This document shows positions 1-9,715 of a stretch of 33,522 nucleotides of DNA, piece after piece. This DNA comes from Dehalococcoidia bacterium UBA1152 (GTDB lineage: Bacteria > Chloroflexota > Dehalococcoidia > Lucifugimonadales > UBA2962): contig DBZU01000009.1 in the NCBI GenBank assembly GCA_002311285.1, positions 48,321-81,842 of the forward strand, written 5' to 3'. Position 1 is the stretch's first letter. The number at the start of each line of letters is the position of its first letter. The notes beneath the pieces were generated by a model. It saw nothing but the letters and a program-made list of their open reading frames with translations, was not told the origin of the DNA and did not search any database. The translations under genes were made by a program, and so were the position numbers.

Positions 1-768
1 ACACTAAATGTTGTAGCAGTTGACTCTATTAGGCGTTTAGAGATTGGATTTAGAGGAGACACACCGATTCCAGTTGAATCTCTAATGATAAGTGGCGACA
101 CCAATATTGTAGATGTCCAACTGTTAATTCAGTACAACGTTAAGGATGTCGAAGCTTTTTTATTTAAATCAGTCAATCCCGACACAATCATCTTAAAAGG
201 TGCTGCAGAATCTTCACTTCGACAAGTAGTGGGGCAACGTGATATTGACGATGTTTTAACAACAGAAAAAGAGGCTGTCCAAGCGCAAACTAAATTACTG
301 CTTCAAGAACTGCTCGACTTATATGACACAGGGATAAATGTTACTGAAGTAAAGCTTCAAAACGTCCGCCCTCCGTCACAAGTACAAGATGCTTTTGATG
401 ACGTAGTCAGGGCAAGGGAAGATAAGGAACGAACCATAAACTTAGCTCAGGCATATGAAGCTGACATCATCCCCAGGGCTCTTGGTGAAGCACAGCGTGT
501 ACTTCAGCTTGCTGAAGGGTATAAACAGGAGAGGATTGCAAGGGCTGATGGTCAATCTGCTAGGTTCTTATCAGTTCTAGCTGAATACAACAAATCAAAG
601 GACGTAACCAGGCAAAGATTATATCTTGAAACAATAGAAACTATTTTACCCGGAGTTACCAAATACATTATTAGCGCTGAAGTCGGTGGAAATTTATTGC
701 AATTTCTGCCTTTAACAAATGATGGAGGGAATATGAGTCTTGATTCCCTTGGGCAATCGGAACAATAA
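1..768 (+). CDS. hflK: FtsH protease modulator HflK (5'-truncated at window edge)
   Basis: Frame is open from base 1. SPFH domain with 'VQDAFDDVVRAREDKER' and 'VTRQRLYLET'; directly upstream of hflC. Confidence 0.93.
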   Translation, partial: TLNVVAVDSIRRLEIGFRGDTPIPVESLMISGDTNIVDVQLLIQYNVKDVEAFLFKSVNPDTIILKGAAESSLRQVVGQRDIDDVLTTEKEAVQAQTKLLLQELLDLYDTGINVTEVKLQNVRPPSQVQDAFDDVVRAREDKERTINLAQAYEADIIPRALGEAQRVLQLAEGYKQERIARADGQSARFLSVLAEYNKSKDVTRQRLYLETIETILPGVTKYIISAEVGGNLLQFLPLTNDGGNMSLDSLGQSEQ

Positions 769-770
769 TT

Positions 771-1649
771 ATGAGTTTTAATCGTTCAGCAATTATATTC
801 GTAATCTTTATCATCTTACTTGGAATAATAGGTCCACAAGCGTTCTTCGTTGTAGATCAAACTCAACTAGCTATAGTCACACGGTTTGGAAGTGTGAAAC
901 AAACTATTGTTACTCCTGGTATACGATCAAAGGCTCCTTTTGTTGACTCTGTAACTTACTTTGAAAAAAGAAATATCCTCTATGACGCCAACCCTGATGC
1001 TCTGTTAACAAGCGATAAAAAACGGCTTATCATTGATGCGTATGCAATTGCGAGAGTATCCAATCCGCTGTTATTTAGAGAGACTGTGCAAAATTTTCAA
1101 AGATCTTTGACAAGAGTTAATGACCTAGTAGCATCTGAACTGCGAAAAAAGATTGCTGATGACAACCAAATAGATATTATTCGTAACAAACGTCAACAGT
1201 TAATGGAAGAGGTAAGATACGATGTTGTGCCAAAGCTAAATGAATTTGGCATGAAAACCGTTGATATAAGAATTAAAAGAGCTGATTTTCCTAACGAAAT
1301 CGCAACGGCGGTTTATGCTCGCATGCAAGCTGAGCGTAAACGTATAGCAGACGCCGAAAGAGCCGCAGGTGCACAACGAGACCTCGAAATAAGGTCCAAT
1401 GTGGATAAACTGGCTACGATTATCTTTGCTGAAGCCGAAAGAGACGCAAATGTTTTGCGCGGTGAGGGTGAGGCCGAAGCCATACGCATTTTCGCGGAAG
1501 CTTTAGAACAGGATCCTGAATTCTATAGATTCCAAAGAAGCCTTGAAGCATATCAACAATTCTTTACTGAAAATACAACAGTGATTCTCCCTTCTGATTC
1601 TGAACTCTTTGATTTCCTTGAGTCTCCAAAACCGGTTTCTGGTGACTAA
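771..1649 (+). CDS. hflC: FtsH protease modulator HflC
   Basis: N-terminal TM helix, 'LTSDKKRLIIDAY', 'DIRIKRADFP', 'DPEFYRFQRSLEAY'. Confidence 0.95.
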   Translation: MSFNRSAIIFVIFIILLGIIGPQAFFVVDQTQLAIVTRFGSVKQTIVTPGIRSKAPFVDSVTYFEKRNILYDANPDALLTSDKKRLIIDAYAIARVSNPLLFRETVQNFQRSLTRVNDLVASELRKKIADDNQIDIIRNKRQQLMEEVRYDVVPKLNEFGMKTVDIRIKRADFPNEIATAVYARMQAERKRIADAERAAGAQRDLEIRSNVDKLATIIFAEAERDANVLRGEGEAEAIRIFAEALEQDPEFYRFQRSLEAYQQFFTENTTVILPSDSELFDFLESPKPVSGD

Positions 1650-1711
1650 TTTTTAAGGCAAACAAGTTTAGAAATTAGTTAGTATCAAGTTTTTCATCCG
1701 TCGTCTTCAAG

Positions 1712-2722
1712 CTATAAACAGCCGAAATCATCAGATCCATTTATGATCGCAGCTAGTGTAGTCGGTTCTATTGCGCTACCGCTGAGTATACAAACCGTTT
1801 TGCCTCGCCGATCCGCCGGCGTGGCGGTCGCCGCCGCGACGGACAGACCTCCAGATCCTTCAACCACAAGATTATTTCGGTTTGCGAGCCAACTTATGGC
1901 TTTTCTGGCGGATTTTTCTGAAACGAGCACAACTTTATCTATTATTTTTCTTAACAGCGGATAAATTTCATCCGAGATAAATGGCACTGCAACTCCTTCA
2001 CAGATAGTAGCTTGTGAATCAACCCATATAGGATGTCCATTTTCGAAGGCTGCGTGCAAGGCTGGACAAGCTTTGGCCTGTACTCCAAATATTTGGATCG
2101 AAGGCTTAAGCTTCTTTAAAACACTCCCGACGCCAGCAATCAATCCTCCTCCTCCCACAGGTATAAAAACCGATTCGACGTCAGGACAGTCGTCGAGAAT
2201 TTCAAGGGCGATGGTACCGTTACCAGTTATCATCATTGGGTCTCCCCAAGGGTCTAGAAAGCTGTAATGATCATGGCGCCACCCTTCCTTTAAGACAAAG
2301 TCTAGGATTTGCTCGAAAGGCATCATTACGGGTGTTACGCCATAGTTTTCGATAGATTGAATCTTTATGCGCGGAGTCGTGTCAGGTATAAGGCTTCGAG
2401 CTTTAACACCGAAGAGACCTGCCACATAACCAAGGGCTTGAGCTGTGTTGCCTGCGCTGTGGGTGCTAAACCCGCGTTTGCGCTGGCTTTCCGTGAGAGA
2501 AGCCGCCCAATTATATACGCCTCTTACCTTATACGAACCAATAGGCTGTAAAATTTCTGCTTTAAGCAGTATCTCATTTGAATAATCATAGTTGTGCAGA
2601 GGGATGAGCGGTGTGCGTACAATGACCTTACTTAAACGGTTGGCCGCTGAGTTAACTGCTGCGATATCTGGTGCTTTGACTGGGTTGCCGCCCAATGCTG
2701 TTGGTCTATCCTGAAGGGCCAT
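1712..2722 (-). CDS. PLP-dependent fold-type II enzyme, threonine/serine dehydratase-racemase family, without a regulatory ACT domain
   Basis: 'KAEILQPIGSYKVRG' PLP-lysine motif, SAGN, 'PVGGGGLIAG'. The start is more likely ATG 2722 (GAGGAG upstream) than 2821. Confidence 0.85.
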   Translation of the reverse strand: MALQDRPTALGGNPVKAPDIAAVNSAANRLSKVIVRTPLIPLHNYDYSNEILLKAEILQPIGSYKVRGVYNWAASLTESQRKRGFSTHSAGNTAQALGYVAGLFGVKARSLIPDTTPRIKIQSIENYGVTPVMMPFEQILDFVLKEGWRHDHYSFLDPWGDPMMITGNGTIALEILDDCPDVESVFIPVGGGGLIAGVGSVLKKLKPSIQIFGVQAKACPALHAAFENGHPIWVDSQATICEGVAVPFISDEIYPLLRKIIDKVVLVSEKSARKAISWLANRNNLVVEGSGGLSVAAATATPADRRGKTVCILSGSAIEPTTLAAIINGSDDFGCL

Positions 2723-2984
2723 AATGGTCCGTTTCTCCTCATCCTGATGGTTCGCTTGGGTACACCAGAAATCTTGTCCCGTCAAACATATCGTGCTGAC
2801 GCGATTTTGGCTATTCACCATGTAATCTAAAACATCATCAAGCCTAATAATACATCATTTAAATGAGTTTGCTTTTCTATTTTAATTGTTCAGTTGTCAT
2901 TAGTTAATTATTAGATTGCAGTGTTCGCATATAATAAGAACCGTCATTAAAATTGGCGATTACGGCAACAAAAAGGGTACCCGA

Positions 2985-3503
2985 TTGGCACAGAGACATA
3001 CTGATGTATTTATAGATTCAGAAGTCAAAGGAATTGACCATCTGATGACAGACAAATGGCTATGTCAAATTACTGATTCAGCCCTGACATTACTAAATGT
3101 GTCTGAGAGTAAGTCAATAGAGATAGCTATAACAGATGATAAGACAATGAGAGACTTAAATCTCAGACATTTAGGTATAGATAGTACGACAGACGTGTTA
3201 TCCTTTCCAAATATCAATTCACCAAATACTGATTTGTTGTCTACAGAAAAGGCCCAGGACAAATATAAGTTTATTGGGGAAGTTGTTATCAGCAGCCCAG
3301 AGGCTGGGCGGCAGTCTTTAGATAAAGGCATAAGCTTCACCCAAGAAATAGCGTTCCTTCTAGGACATGGAATTTTACACCTTTTAGGCCACGATCATGA
3401 AACAGAAGATGAACGGATTGAAATGGAAATTGCGCATAGAAAAATTTTGCTTGCAATGTTAGGTAAATCAGGTATGTCAATAGAAGTTAAATATCCAGCA
3501 TGA
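2985..3503 (+). CDS. ybeY: rRNA maturation endoribonuclease YbeY
   Basis: 'TDVLSFP' and 'HGILHLLGHDH' zinc motif. Start uncertain (TTG 2985 preferred over 2916). Confidence 0.92.
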   Translation: MAQRHTDVFIDSEVKGIDHLMTDKWLCQITDSALTLLNVSESKSIEIAITDDKTMRDLNLRHLGIDSTTDVLSFPNINSPNTDLLSTEKAQDKYKFIGEVVISSPEAGRQSLDKGISFTQEIAFLLGHGILHLLGHDHETEDERIEMEIAHRKILLAMLGKSGMSIEVKYPA

Positions 3504-5164
3504 GTGAAGTTCTTTACAGAAAATGGAGACCAAAACGGTTTTCTGATATCGTCGGACAAACTCCTATTGTACAAACATTAAGTCGAGCCGTGCAGTCGTC
3601 AAGGGTAGCCCACGCATATTTATTCTGTGGTCCGAGAGGAACTGGTAAAACCAGTACCGCACGAATATTAGCAAAGTCTATTAACTGCTTATCAAAGGAG
3701 TCTTGTAATTCAGACAATCCTTGTCACATTTGTCGTTCAATTGATGAGGGTTCTGCTTTAGATTTGATTGAAATAGACGCAGCAAGCAATCGAGGCATAG
3801 ACGATATCAGAGACCTGAGGGACAAAGCTCGTTACGCTCCCAATGAAGCAAGCCATAAAGTTTATATCATTGACGAAGCGCATATGTTAACTGATCAAGC
3901 GTTCAATGCTCTTTTAAAAACGTTAGAAGAGCCACCTGATCAAGTTATTTTCATACTAGCAACTACTGAATCTCATAAAATACCTGCAACAATATTGTCT
4001 CGATGCCAACGATTTGATTTTGTAAGAATAACGTCTGAAATTATTTGTGAAAGATTATCAAAAATCTGTTCGATCGAAGGATTCGATGTTGAAGTTGAAG
4101 CACTAAAACTCATCGCACACCTTTCAGGTGGAGCCTTAAGAGATGCGATTAATATCTTGGAACAATCAGTAATTTCAGATGAGCCTCCAATATCAGAAGC
4201 TAAAGTTCGTAACTTATTAGACATTGGTGATGACACTGTCTGCATAGAACTGACTGGAGAACTACTTGAGCAAAATACTAAGAAGGCGTTGGAAATTATT
4301 AATAATGTTGCAAACTCAGGTAATGACTTGAGGCACCTCCATATAGGCTTGATTAAGTATTTAAGGGCAGTTCTTTTAATTAAATCAGGGATAAACATAA
4401 ATCATGGTTATAGCGAAACTATATACAAACAACTGGAGTCGACTGCTGCAGCATCAGATATAAATTCAATATTGCATTGTTTAAAAACTATGACTGATCC
4501 AACCCTAAAGCCTGACTCATCCAACCCTTTGCTCCTTGAATTAGCAATTGTTGAGGCCGGAATTGATTATCTTAATAACAATCAACCAAAAATGGAATTA
4601 AAGGGCGGCTCTTCTGAGAATAAACTGATTGGCTCACATAAAATCAAGCCCATCACAACAACAAAAGTCACCGATGATTTGCCTAAAATAACCGATACCC
4701 AGGACCAGGAAAGTGTTTCTTCGGAAAAAAACGATAATACGGAGGCTGCAAAAGTTGGCAGTCCTGATTTGCCACCGACAAATCAGATTTCTGAGCCTAA
4801 TCAGCAGCTTGAACATCAATGGCAATCGATTTTAGACTCATTAAGGTATACCAAGGGTGATAAATTTAACTTGAAAGCTTTACTTATCACATGCACAAAT
4901 CGAAGAATTCATGATGAATCTATAACTTTAGGCTTTTCTCACCCATCACATCGTGAACGCATGGAGCATGAATTAACTATTCCCGAAAGCCGCAAGACAT
5001 TAATTGATTCTTTTGCTAGTGCTCTAGGCAAGCAATATAAGTTGGTTTTAGAAACAAATAGTGTTACGGTCAAAAGTAATGTAACCGATGAACTTGACAG
5101 TCCGTTAATACGTATGGCTCAATCCAAGGGAGCTCAAATCATTGATCAAACTCCAAAAAGGTAA
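3500..5164 (+). CDS. dnaX: DNA polymerase III subunit gamma/tau
   Basis: 'LYRKWRP', Walker A GPRGTGKT, zinc Cys cluster, 'IIDEAHML', 'SRCQRF'. Confidence 0.97.
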   Translation: MSEVLYRKWRPKRFSDIVGQTPIVQTLSRAVQSSRVAHAYLFCGPRGTGKTSTARILAKSINCLSKESCNSDNPCHICRSIDEGSALDLIEIDAASNRGIDDIRDLRDKARYAPNEASHKVYIIDEAHMLTDQAFNALLKTLEEPPDQVIFILATTESHKIPATILSRCQRFDFVRITSEIICERLSKICSIEGFDVEVEALKLIAHLSGGALRDAINILEQSVISDEPPISEAKVRNLLDIGDDTVCIELTGELLEQNTKKALEIINNVANSGNDLRHLHIGLIKYLRAVLLIKSGININHGYSETIYKQLESTAAASDINSILHCLKTMTDPTLKPDSSNPLLLELAIVEAGIDYLNNNQPKMELKGGSSENKLIGSHKIKPITTTKVTDDLPKITDTQDQESVSSEKNDNTEAAKVGSPDLPPTNQISEPNQQLEHQWQSILDSLRYTKGDKFNLKALLITCTNRRIHDESITLGFSHPSHRERMEHELTIPESRKTLIDSFASALGKQYKLVLETNSVTVKSNVTDELDSPLIRMAQSKGAQIIDQTPKR

Positions 5165-5172
5165 ATTGATAA

Positions 5173-5475
5173 TTGAACAAAAAGTTTTTACAACAAGCAC
5201 AGCAACTACAGAAACAAATGATGAATATCCAAGAGGAACTAGAGTCGACGCGGATTGAAGGAAGTTCTGGTGGTGGCGTGGTCACAGCAGTTGTAACAGG
5301 TAAAATGCACGTTGAGTCAGTAAAAATACACCCAGAAGTTGCATCCGAAGATGTAGAACTCCTACAAGACCTTGTTACTGCAGCAATCAATGAAGCACTT
5401 GAAAAAGCCCAGGAAATGGCATCGTCCAGAATGGGGTCTGTAACCGGCGGCCTTAACATACCGGGTATTATGTAA
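5173..5475 (+). CDS. ybaB: YbaB/EbfC nucleoid-associated protein
   Basis: 'GSSGGGVV', 'LQDLVTAAINEA'; conserved position between dnaX and recR; TTG start. Confidence 0.95.
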   Translation: MNKKFLQQAQQLQKQMMNIQEELESTRIEGSSGGGVVTAVVTGKMHVESVKIHPEVASEDVELLQDLVTAAINEALEKAQEMASSRMGSVTGGLNIPGIM

Positions 5476-5480
5476 TAACA

Positions 5481-6089
5481 GTGATTTCAAATCATAAAAA
5501 TAATAGCCCTATTGAAAGACTTGTTTCAGAACTACATAAATTACCAGGTATTGGACCTAAAACTGCACAACGTCTCGCTTATTATCTCGTTCGTATCTCT
5601 AAAGATGATGCAATCAAATTAGCTGAATCCATCAAGGCAGTTAAGGAAAGGATAGATTTTTGCTCTGAGTGTTTTGATATTACAGAATCAAACCCTTGTA
5701 GAATTTGTTCCGACAATGGACGAGATAAAACTCGCATTTGCATAGTTGAAGAACCTCTCGATGTTAGGGCGCTAGAAAAGACTCGATCCTATTCCGGCAC
5801 TTACCACGTGTTACATGGCGTGATTTCTCCAATGAATGATATAGGGCCAGACAATTTAAGAATTGATGCCTTATTTCAGAGAATGAAATTACTTGAAGTG
5901 GAAGAGATAATTATCGCAACAAATCCAAACGTTGAGGGAGAGGCAACGGCTCTTTATATTCAACGCCTTCTTGAACCTTTCCAAGTTAAAATAACTAGGC
6001 CTGCCAGAGGGTTGCCGGTTGGTGGAGATCTAGAGTACGCGGATGAGGTAACTCTGTCCATGGCTATGGAAGGCAGACAACCTTTTTAA
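5481..6089 (+). CDS. recR: Recombination mediator RecR
   Basis: HhH 'LPGIGPKTAQRLA', C4 zinc finger, TOPRIM 'ATNPNVEGEATA'. Confidence 0.97.
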   Translation: MISNHKNNSPIERLVSELHKLPGIGPKTAQRLAYYLVRISKDDAIKLAESIKAVKERIDFCSECFDITESNPCRICSDNGRDKTRICIVEEPLDVRALEKTRSYSGTYHVLHGVISPMNDIGPDNLRIDALFQRMKLLEVEEIIIATNPNVEGEATALYIQRLLEPFQVKITRPARGLPVGGDLEYADEVTLSMAMEGRQPF

Positions 6090-6111
6090 TAAAGTAGGCA
6101 TGTAGGCCCAA

Positions 6112-6873
6112 ATGGCCAAGCCACGTATTTACACAACTTCAGCTATCGTACTGAAATACCGAAATTACAGTGAATCTGATCGGTTCGTAACTCTGTTGTC
6201 TCGCAAAATGGGGCGAATAGAAGGATTTGCCAAAGGCGTTCGTCGTTCAACTAGCAAACTTACAGGACATTTGGAACTGTTTTATACAGTACGAATAACG
6301 CTTGCAATGGGCAAAAATACAGACGTAATAACTGAAGTACAAATATTAAGCGCACCAGATAGGATAAACCAAAATCTGAATACAGTATCTTGTGCTCTTA
6401 ATATTATTGAATTAGCCCTCAACGTTTCCACTGAAGGTACTGGCAATGAACTCATTTACGATTTGTTAGAGAAAACACTAAATAAGTTAAACACAACGCA
6501 TGCAAGTAATTCAGCCAAATTACTTGCATATTATCAGTTAAAACTCCTATCCATTTCAGGCCTGTCTCCTGAATTTAAAACGTGTGTTGAATGTGGAAAT
6601 ATATTAGACGAACAGGATCACTTGTATAGTGCTCATACGGGAGGCATTGTCTGTCCAAGCTGTGCGCCTAAACAAGCAGGACCGCTATTAAATCTATCGG
6701 TTAATACAATAAAAGTTTTAAGGTTCTTGGATGCTGAAGATATGACTAAAATAGAAAACTTCTCAGTACCAAAAGAAATTCTTACAAAAACAATTGAGAC
6801 TTTAGATACTCATATCGATTATCACATTGACAGGAAAACCAGATCAAGAAGTTTTTTCAAAGCATTTCAGTAG
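6112..6873 (+). CDS. recO: DNA repair protein RecO
   Basis: N-terminal OB fold 'YSESDRFVTLLS..GRIEGFAKGVRR'; CVECG...CPSC zinc finger. Confidence 0.93.
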   Translation: MAKPRIYTTSAIVLKYRNYSESDRFVTLLSRKMGRIEGFAKGVRRSTSKLTGHLELFYTVRITLAMGKNTDVITEVQILSAPDRINQNLNTVSCALNIIELALNVSTEGTGNELIYDLLEKTLNKLNTTHASNSAKLLAYYQLKLLSISGLSPEFKTCVECGNILDEQDHLYSAHTGGIVCPSCAPKQAGPLLNLSVNTIKVLRFLDAEDMTKIENFSVPKEILTKTIETLDTHIDYHIDRKTRSRSFFKAFQ

Positions 6874-6884
6874 TTGCGTACTAA

Positions 6885-7739
6885 TTACATTGATGTACGA
6901 GATATCATCCACTGATATAACCTCTCAGGCAAAAATCTTGCTCCAATCATTCCTGCTCTAGCTTCAAATCCAATAGGGTATCGTAGACGTGGTCTTTCAG
7001 ATTCGATAATGCGTTCTATAAGTTCAGCAATTCTAATAGACTTATGTATGACCTTTCGCCATTTTTTATGTTTTTGTCGATATCGGTCTATAAAATATAT
7101 ATAGGGCAAGTCATCGGATTCAGCATCACTCCCCTGTACCATATTCTTATGAAAATCTGTATCGAACAGACCTGGCTGTATTGATGAAACTCTGATTCCA
7201 AACGGCCACAACTCCATTCTGAGAGCTTCGGTTTGTGCTTCTAAAGCATATTTTGACGATGCGTAAGCACCATTAAACGGAGTAGTTACCCATCCAGCTA
7301 CAGAGCTGATATTAATGATCCTGCCGTAACGCCTTTTACGCATCCCACCAGCTATTATTTTAGATAATCGAAATGGTGCAAATACGTTAGTTTTAAACTG
7401 ATTTTCCATTTCCTCTGGTGAGATCCCTTCTAATGGTCCCCACAACCCGTAACCAGCGTTATTTACTAGCACGTCAATATGCTTATGTTGCGCTATCAAT
7501 TTTGGTAAAACTTCTTCTATACAACCTTTTTCACCATCTCGTAGATTTATATCTAATTCAACGGGGAAAAAAACTTCGCCTTTGTTATTGGCTTCTCGAA
7601 TTAACGAATCTAATCGACTTAGTTTCCTGCTCGAACCAATGACTTTATAACCTTTTGAGCAAAGGTATAAAGATGTAACTTTTCCAATACCAGAGGAGGC
7701 CCCTGTAATAAAAATAGTTTTTCTAAAATTCCCTGACAT
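6885..7739 (-). CDS. Short-chain dehydrogenase/reductase (SDR)
   Basis: TGASSGIG, NNAG and catalytic YASSK motifs. Confidence 0.92.
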   Translation of the reverse strand: MSGNFRKTIFITGASSGIGKVTSLYLCSKGYKVIGSSRKLSRLDSLIREANNKGEVFFPVELDINLRDGEKGCIEEVLPKLIAQHKHIDVLVNNAGYGLWGPLEGISPEEMENQFKTNVFAPFRLSKIIAGGMRKRRYGRIINISSVAGWVTTPFNGAYASSKYALEAQTEALRMELWPFGIRVSSIQPGLFDTDFHKNMVQGSDAESDDLPYIYFIDRYRQKHKKWRKVIHKSIRIAELIERIIESERPRLRYPIGFEARAGMIGARFLPERLYQWMISRTSM

Positions 7740-7808
7740 CTAATACTTACCTTATTAAAACTGGTAGACATAAGACTTGTTACAGTCGAATATATTATAA
7801 AGAATTAT

Positions 7809-8282
7809 ATGATTATCGCAGTTATTGGCTCATCAAAAGCAAATGAAGAACTTTACAAACTGGCTACTCAAGTGGGCTACGAATTGGCTCAAAATAGCAT
7901 TATTATTGTATGTGGGGGTTTAGGCGGAGTTATGGAAGCAGCTTGTAAAGGAGCCAAACAAGCAAAAGGTACAACAATTGGTATATTACCGGGTAATGAC
8001 CCAAAGGATGCCAATGAATTCGTAGATATTCCTATATGTACAGGCATGGGGTACGCGCGAAACGTGATAGTTGTAAAGACAGGTTTGTCAGTTATTGCTA
8101 TAGGTGGAGCGTATGGCACCTTATCGGAAATTGGACATGCGCTAGGAGATAACATTCCTGTTGTTGGGCTAAAGACCTGGAGTATACATCAAGAAAACAT
8201 GACAGGGGATTTATTTACATCTGCTAAAAGCGTAAAGCAGGCCGTAGATTTAGCAATACATGCAGCTTTAAATAGACATTGA
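7809..8282 (+). CDS. LOG/TIGR00725-family Rossmann-fold nucleotide-binding protein
   Basis: 'CGGLGGVMEAACKGA', 'GGAYGTLSEI'. Confidence 0.88.
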   Translation: MIIAVIGSSKANEELYKLATQVGYELAQNSIIIVCGGLGGVMEAACKGAKQAKGTTIGILPGNDPKDANEFVDIPICTGMGYARNVIVVKTGLSVIAIGGAYGTLSEIGHALGDNIPVVGLKTWSIHQENMTGDLFTSAKSVKQAVDLAIHAALNRH

Positions 8283-8307
8283 TTAAGAAAGTGAGCGGTT
8301 TTATATT

Positions 8308-9645
8308 TTGAGTATACATAAAATTACCTCCATATCAGCTAGAGAAATTCTAGACTCGAGAGGTAACCCGACCGTGGAAGCAGATGTAGAATTGTCTGAT
8401 GGATCCATGGGTAGGGCTTCCGTTCCGTCCGGTGCTAGTACTGGGTCCCGAGAAGCTGTAGAGCTTAGAGATGGGGATAAAAGCAGATATGGGGGTTTTG
8501 GAGTTCTTAATGCCATCACCAACATCAAAACAGAAATTAATCAAGTCCTATTAGGAAATGCATATAAAGACCAGAGATCTTTAGACGAAACCATGATTAA
8601 TTTGGATGGTACTCCAAACAAAAGCCGATTAGGAGCTAATTCAATACTCGCGGTATCAATAGCCTTTGCGCGAGCTTCGGCAAAAAGTAGAGAAGAGAGT
8701 TTATACTCTTACATTGGAAATCAATACGACGGTACAAAACCTAGTAAAGGATATACTGTGCCAGTACCGATGTTTAATATTATCAACGGTGGCAAGCATG
8801 CGTATGAGTCGACAGATTTCCAGGAGTTCATGGTTATTCCAACGGGGTTTGAAACATATAACGAATCATTAAGAGCTGGCGCTGAAATATATCATAATCT
8901 TAAAAAAATACTACAGCAAAGAGGCAAAACCACTATCGTTGGAGACGAAGGTGGATTTGCTCCAAGCTTAAAAAATAACCGGCAGGCTTTAGAATGGCTT
9001 CTTAGTGCAATAGAGGGTGCAGGCTATATACCTGGGACACATTGCTATATAGCCATTGATGTTGCGGCAACAGAGCTTCAAAAAATCGACCCAGCCAAAA
9101 CTGATGAATTTTACTATGACCTAACCAGCATAGATACAATAATGACCTCAGATCAATTGATATCTGTATATGATGATTGGACTCAGAAATACCCCTTAAT
9201 AAGTATCGAAGATGGAATGTCAGAAACAGATTGGACTGGATGGGAAAACATGACTTCTAAGCTTGGACACAAGGTCCAAATTGTTGGAGATGATCTATAC
9301 GCTACTAATACTTCCATAATAAAAAATGGGATTGCTTCAAAGGCCAGCAATGCAGTGCTGATTAAACCGAATCAAATTGGCACTCTTACGGAAACTCTAG
9401 ATGCTATCGCCATGACCCGGGATGCAGGCTGGAGCGCCATAATCAGTCATAGATCTGCTGAAACTGAAGATACTATGATCGCTGATTTAGCTATTGGCAC
9501 CGGTGCTCGACAAATAAAAGCTGGAGCGCCAGCTAGAAGCGAGCGTACGGCAAAATACAATAGGTTATTACACATAGAACAAGAATTGGCTGAGAAAGTT
9601 TATTTCTCAGGAATGTCAGCTTATGAACAAATATTAAGTCCATAG
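8308..9645 (+). CDS. eno: Enolase
   Basis: 'AREILDSRGNPTVE', 'VPSGASTG', 'VGDEGGFAP', 'LIKPNQIGTLTET'. Confidence 0.97.
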   Translation: MSIHKITSISAREILDSRGNPTVEADVELSDGSMGRASVPSGASTGSREAVELRDGDKSRYGGFGVLNAITNIKTEINQVLLGNAYKDQRSLDETMINLDGTPNKSRLGANSILAVSIAFARASAKSREESLYSYIGNQYDGTKPSKGYTVPVPMFNIINGGKHAYESTDFQEFMVIPTGFETYNESLRAGAEIYHNLKKILQQRGKTTIVGDEGGFAPSLKNNRQALEWLLSAIEGAGYIPGTHCYIAIDVAATELQKIDPAKTDEFYYDLTSIDTIMTSDQLISVYDDWTQKYPLISIEDGMSETDWTGWENMTSKLGHKVQIVGDDLYATNTSIIKNGIASKASNAVLIKPNQIGTLTETLDAIAMTRDAGWSAIISHRSAETEDTMIADLAIGTGARQIKAGAPARSERTAKYNRLLHIEQELAEKVYFSGMSAYEQILSP

Positions 9646-9715
9646 TGTAATTAATGCCAGATATGGTAGAGTCACAGACATAAATTTATTAATTTTACGG
9701 AGAATAGTACAAAGG

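Noticed and set aside
1818-1838. GC-rich inverted repeat within the PLP enzyme gene
   Set aside because: Explained by Ala/Thr-rich coding (AAATATPA).
2723-2821. 33-codon N-terminal extension of the PLP enzyme
   Set aside because: It has no family similarity, and a GAGGAG precedes the downstream ATG at 2722.
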